Shown here: positions 62,830 through 64,000 of the stretch, piece after piece | Position numbering within the stretch: position 1 is the first letter of the stretch | Layout: each line of letters opens with the position of its first letter | Assembly: GCA_047967505.1 (NCBI GenBank) | Contig: CM106538.1 | DNA: 64,000 nt | Source of the DNA: Dipteris shenzhenensis | Lineage: Eukaryota | Direction: 5' to 3' (one strand) | Made by a program: the position numbers and the translations under genes | Notes under the pieces: model-generated | The model's input: the letters and a program-made list of their open reading frames with translations, nothing else | Told to the model about the DNA's origin: nothing | Databases searched by the model: none

Positions 62830-64000
62830 ATTAAAGTCTTTGGAAGACCAATGGGTCCATGAGACTGTGAAAAACCTGATATAATGAGCTGTGGTAGTGG
62901 AGCTAGTAAACGAGCATCCACACCAATGCAGAATGCAAAAAATGCAAAATGGCAGTACTAAGTCCTAAGTACTAAGTACAACATAGTCATGTCGATAGTC
63001 GACTATATATCAATCTCAGCATCATCATCATCATCATCATCATCATCAGCATGACATCAGGATGGATGAGGCAGTGGAGGCATGAGGTTGGCAATAGAGT
63101 GCTGTCGGCCCCTCAAAGGTGCAGTCGTGGTACATCTCCTGGTCGTAGGTCTGCGTCTAACCAGGGCCATTGTGACCCTCGTCGGTCGGGCTCTAACTCT
63201 AAACAAGGAGGGGATGTCCCTAAGTATGATCTGTGTGTCAACCCTTTGTTTGAGCTGTCGGGTCACATGCTCCAGGTCACGGTCATGTCGAGGTCTCGTC
63301 TCGTGGGGGTCTATGTGATTTGGCTGAAAGAACTTCGTGATGGCGCTCTGAGAGGTATTAGTCGAGGAAGAAGTCAGCTCCAGTCTCCGTGCTCGTAGTA
63401 TCCTCTTGCGGTGTCTAAGCACGTCATGAATGAAACCTGCCAAACACCGTTGGTTTGGGTATGACATGTCCAATCATAATGGTCCTGTAGTTCTCCGGGT
63501 TCATAGGATCCCCTGCCTTGTGAAAGGGTGAGATATTGTTAATGGTCTAGGTGCGTGGAAACCCCAAATAAACAGCTTCATTAAATAGCTTTGCTAAAAT
63601 CGGGGCTAGGAGGTTAATCCCATATGCAATGAACTCAGTGCATAGTCCCTCATGATCCTTCGCTCGGCCATTCTGAAGTTTCATTACAGCATCCTTTACC
63701 CCCTCCCTAGTGAAGAGGGTGCAAGATGTGGGACGTGGCATATGTGAGAGGTTAGGGACTGGCTGATTTGGGATGCCATAGATTGTGCGTGCATAATCAA
63801 ACTACACATGAGTGTCAGTGAGTGGTGAGGGGGACCGTCCCTCTAGAAATCTCCGCCAAAAGTCCTTAGAGTTGAACAGAATGTTTAGTAGCTCCTCCTC
63901 GTTCCGGCGAACAAAGTCAAGTTTCTTCTTGCGTACTATTCAAAGGTACTCGCGTAGCATCTATGGTTTGCTCGGAAGATTGTTTTTGGTTTCGAATATG
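62827..64000 (-). mobile_element. RTE-X-like LINE, 3' part with internal deletion, continues beyond window
   Basis: RT N-terminus KLQNGRAKDHEGLCTEF...LAKLFN...PFHKAGDPMNPENYRTIMIGH joined near 63465 to C-terminal MSYPNQRCLAGFIHDVLRHR; same tail motif next to (GA)n. Confidence 0.85.

Noticed and set aside
62420-62921. ORFs with ERERER/SLSLSL/CVCVCV runs (also 30200-30607, 32943-33155)
   Set aside because: Translations of dinucleotide microsatellites

Overview
Eukaryotic, TE-dominated land-plant DNA (a fern-like large genome is my inference from intron size and repeat content). 1-20.8 kb is a nest of LTR retrotransposons: two same-family Copia copies inserted in an Athila/Tat-like Gypsy remnant, plus further LTR fragments. 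21-26 kb holds a decayed hAT transposase and a LINE remnant. From about 27.6 kb to beyond the window end lies one host gene on +, an RNF170-like RING E3 ligase with five phase-compatible coding exons (49674-62237) and very large TE-filled introns. In the upstream region (probably its first intron) are (i) a head-to-tail stack of RTE-X-like retroposon 3' ends in (GA)n microsatellites, sharing a covarying 3' stem-loop and including an ORF1-only (HAL1-like) non-autonomous element, and (ii) a young full-length chromovirus (98% LTR identity, CACAT TSD) whose 5' leader carries a captured fragment of a host LdpA-like Fe-S protein gene. All calls come from reading the sequence and from recalled motifs; no database searches were run.
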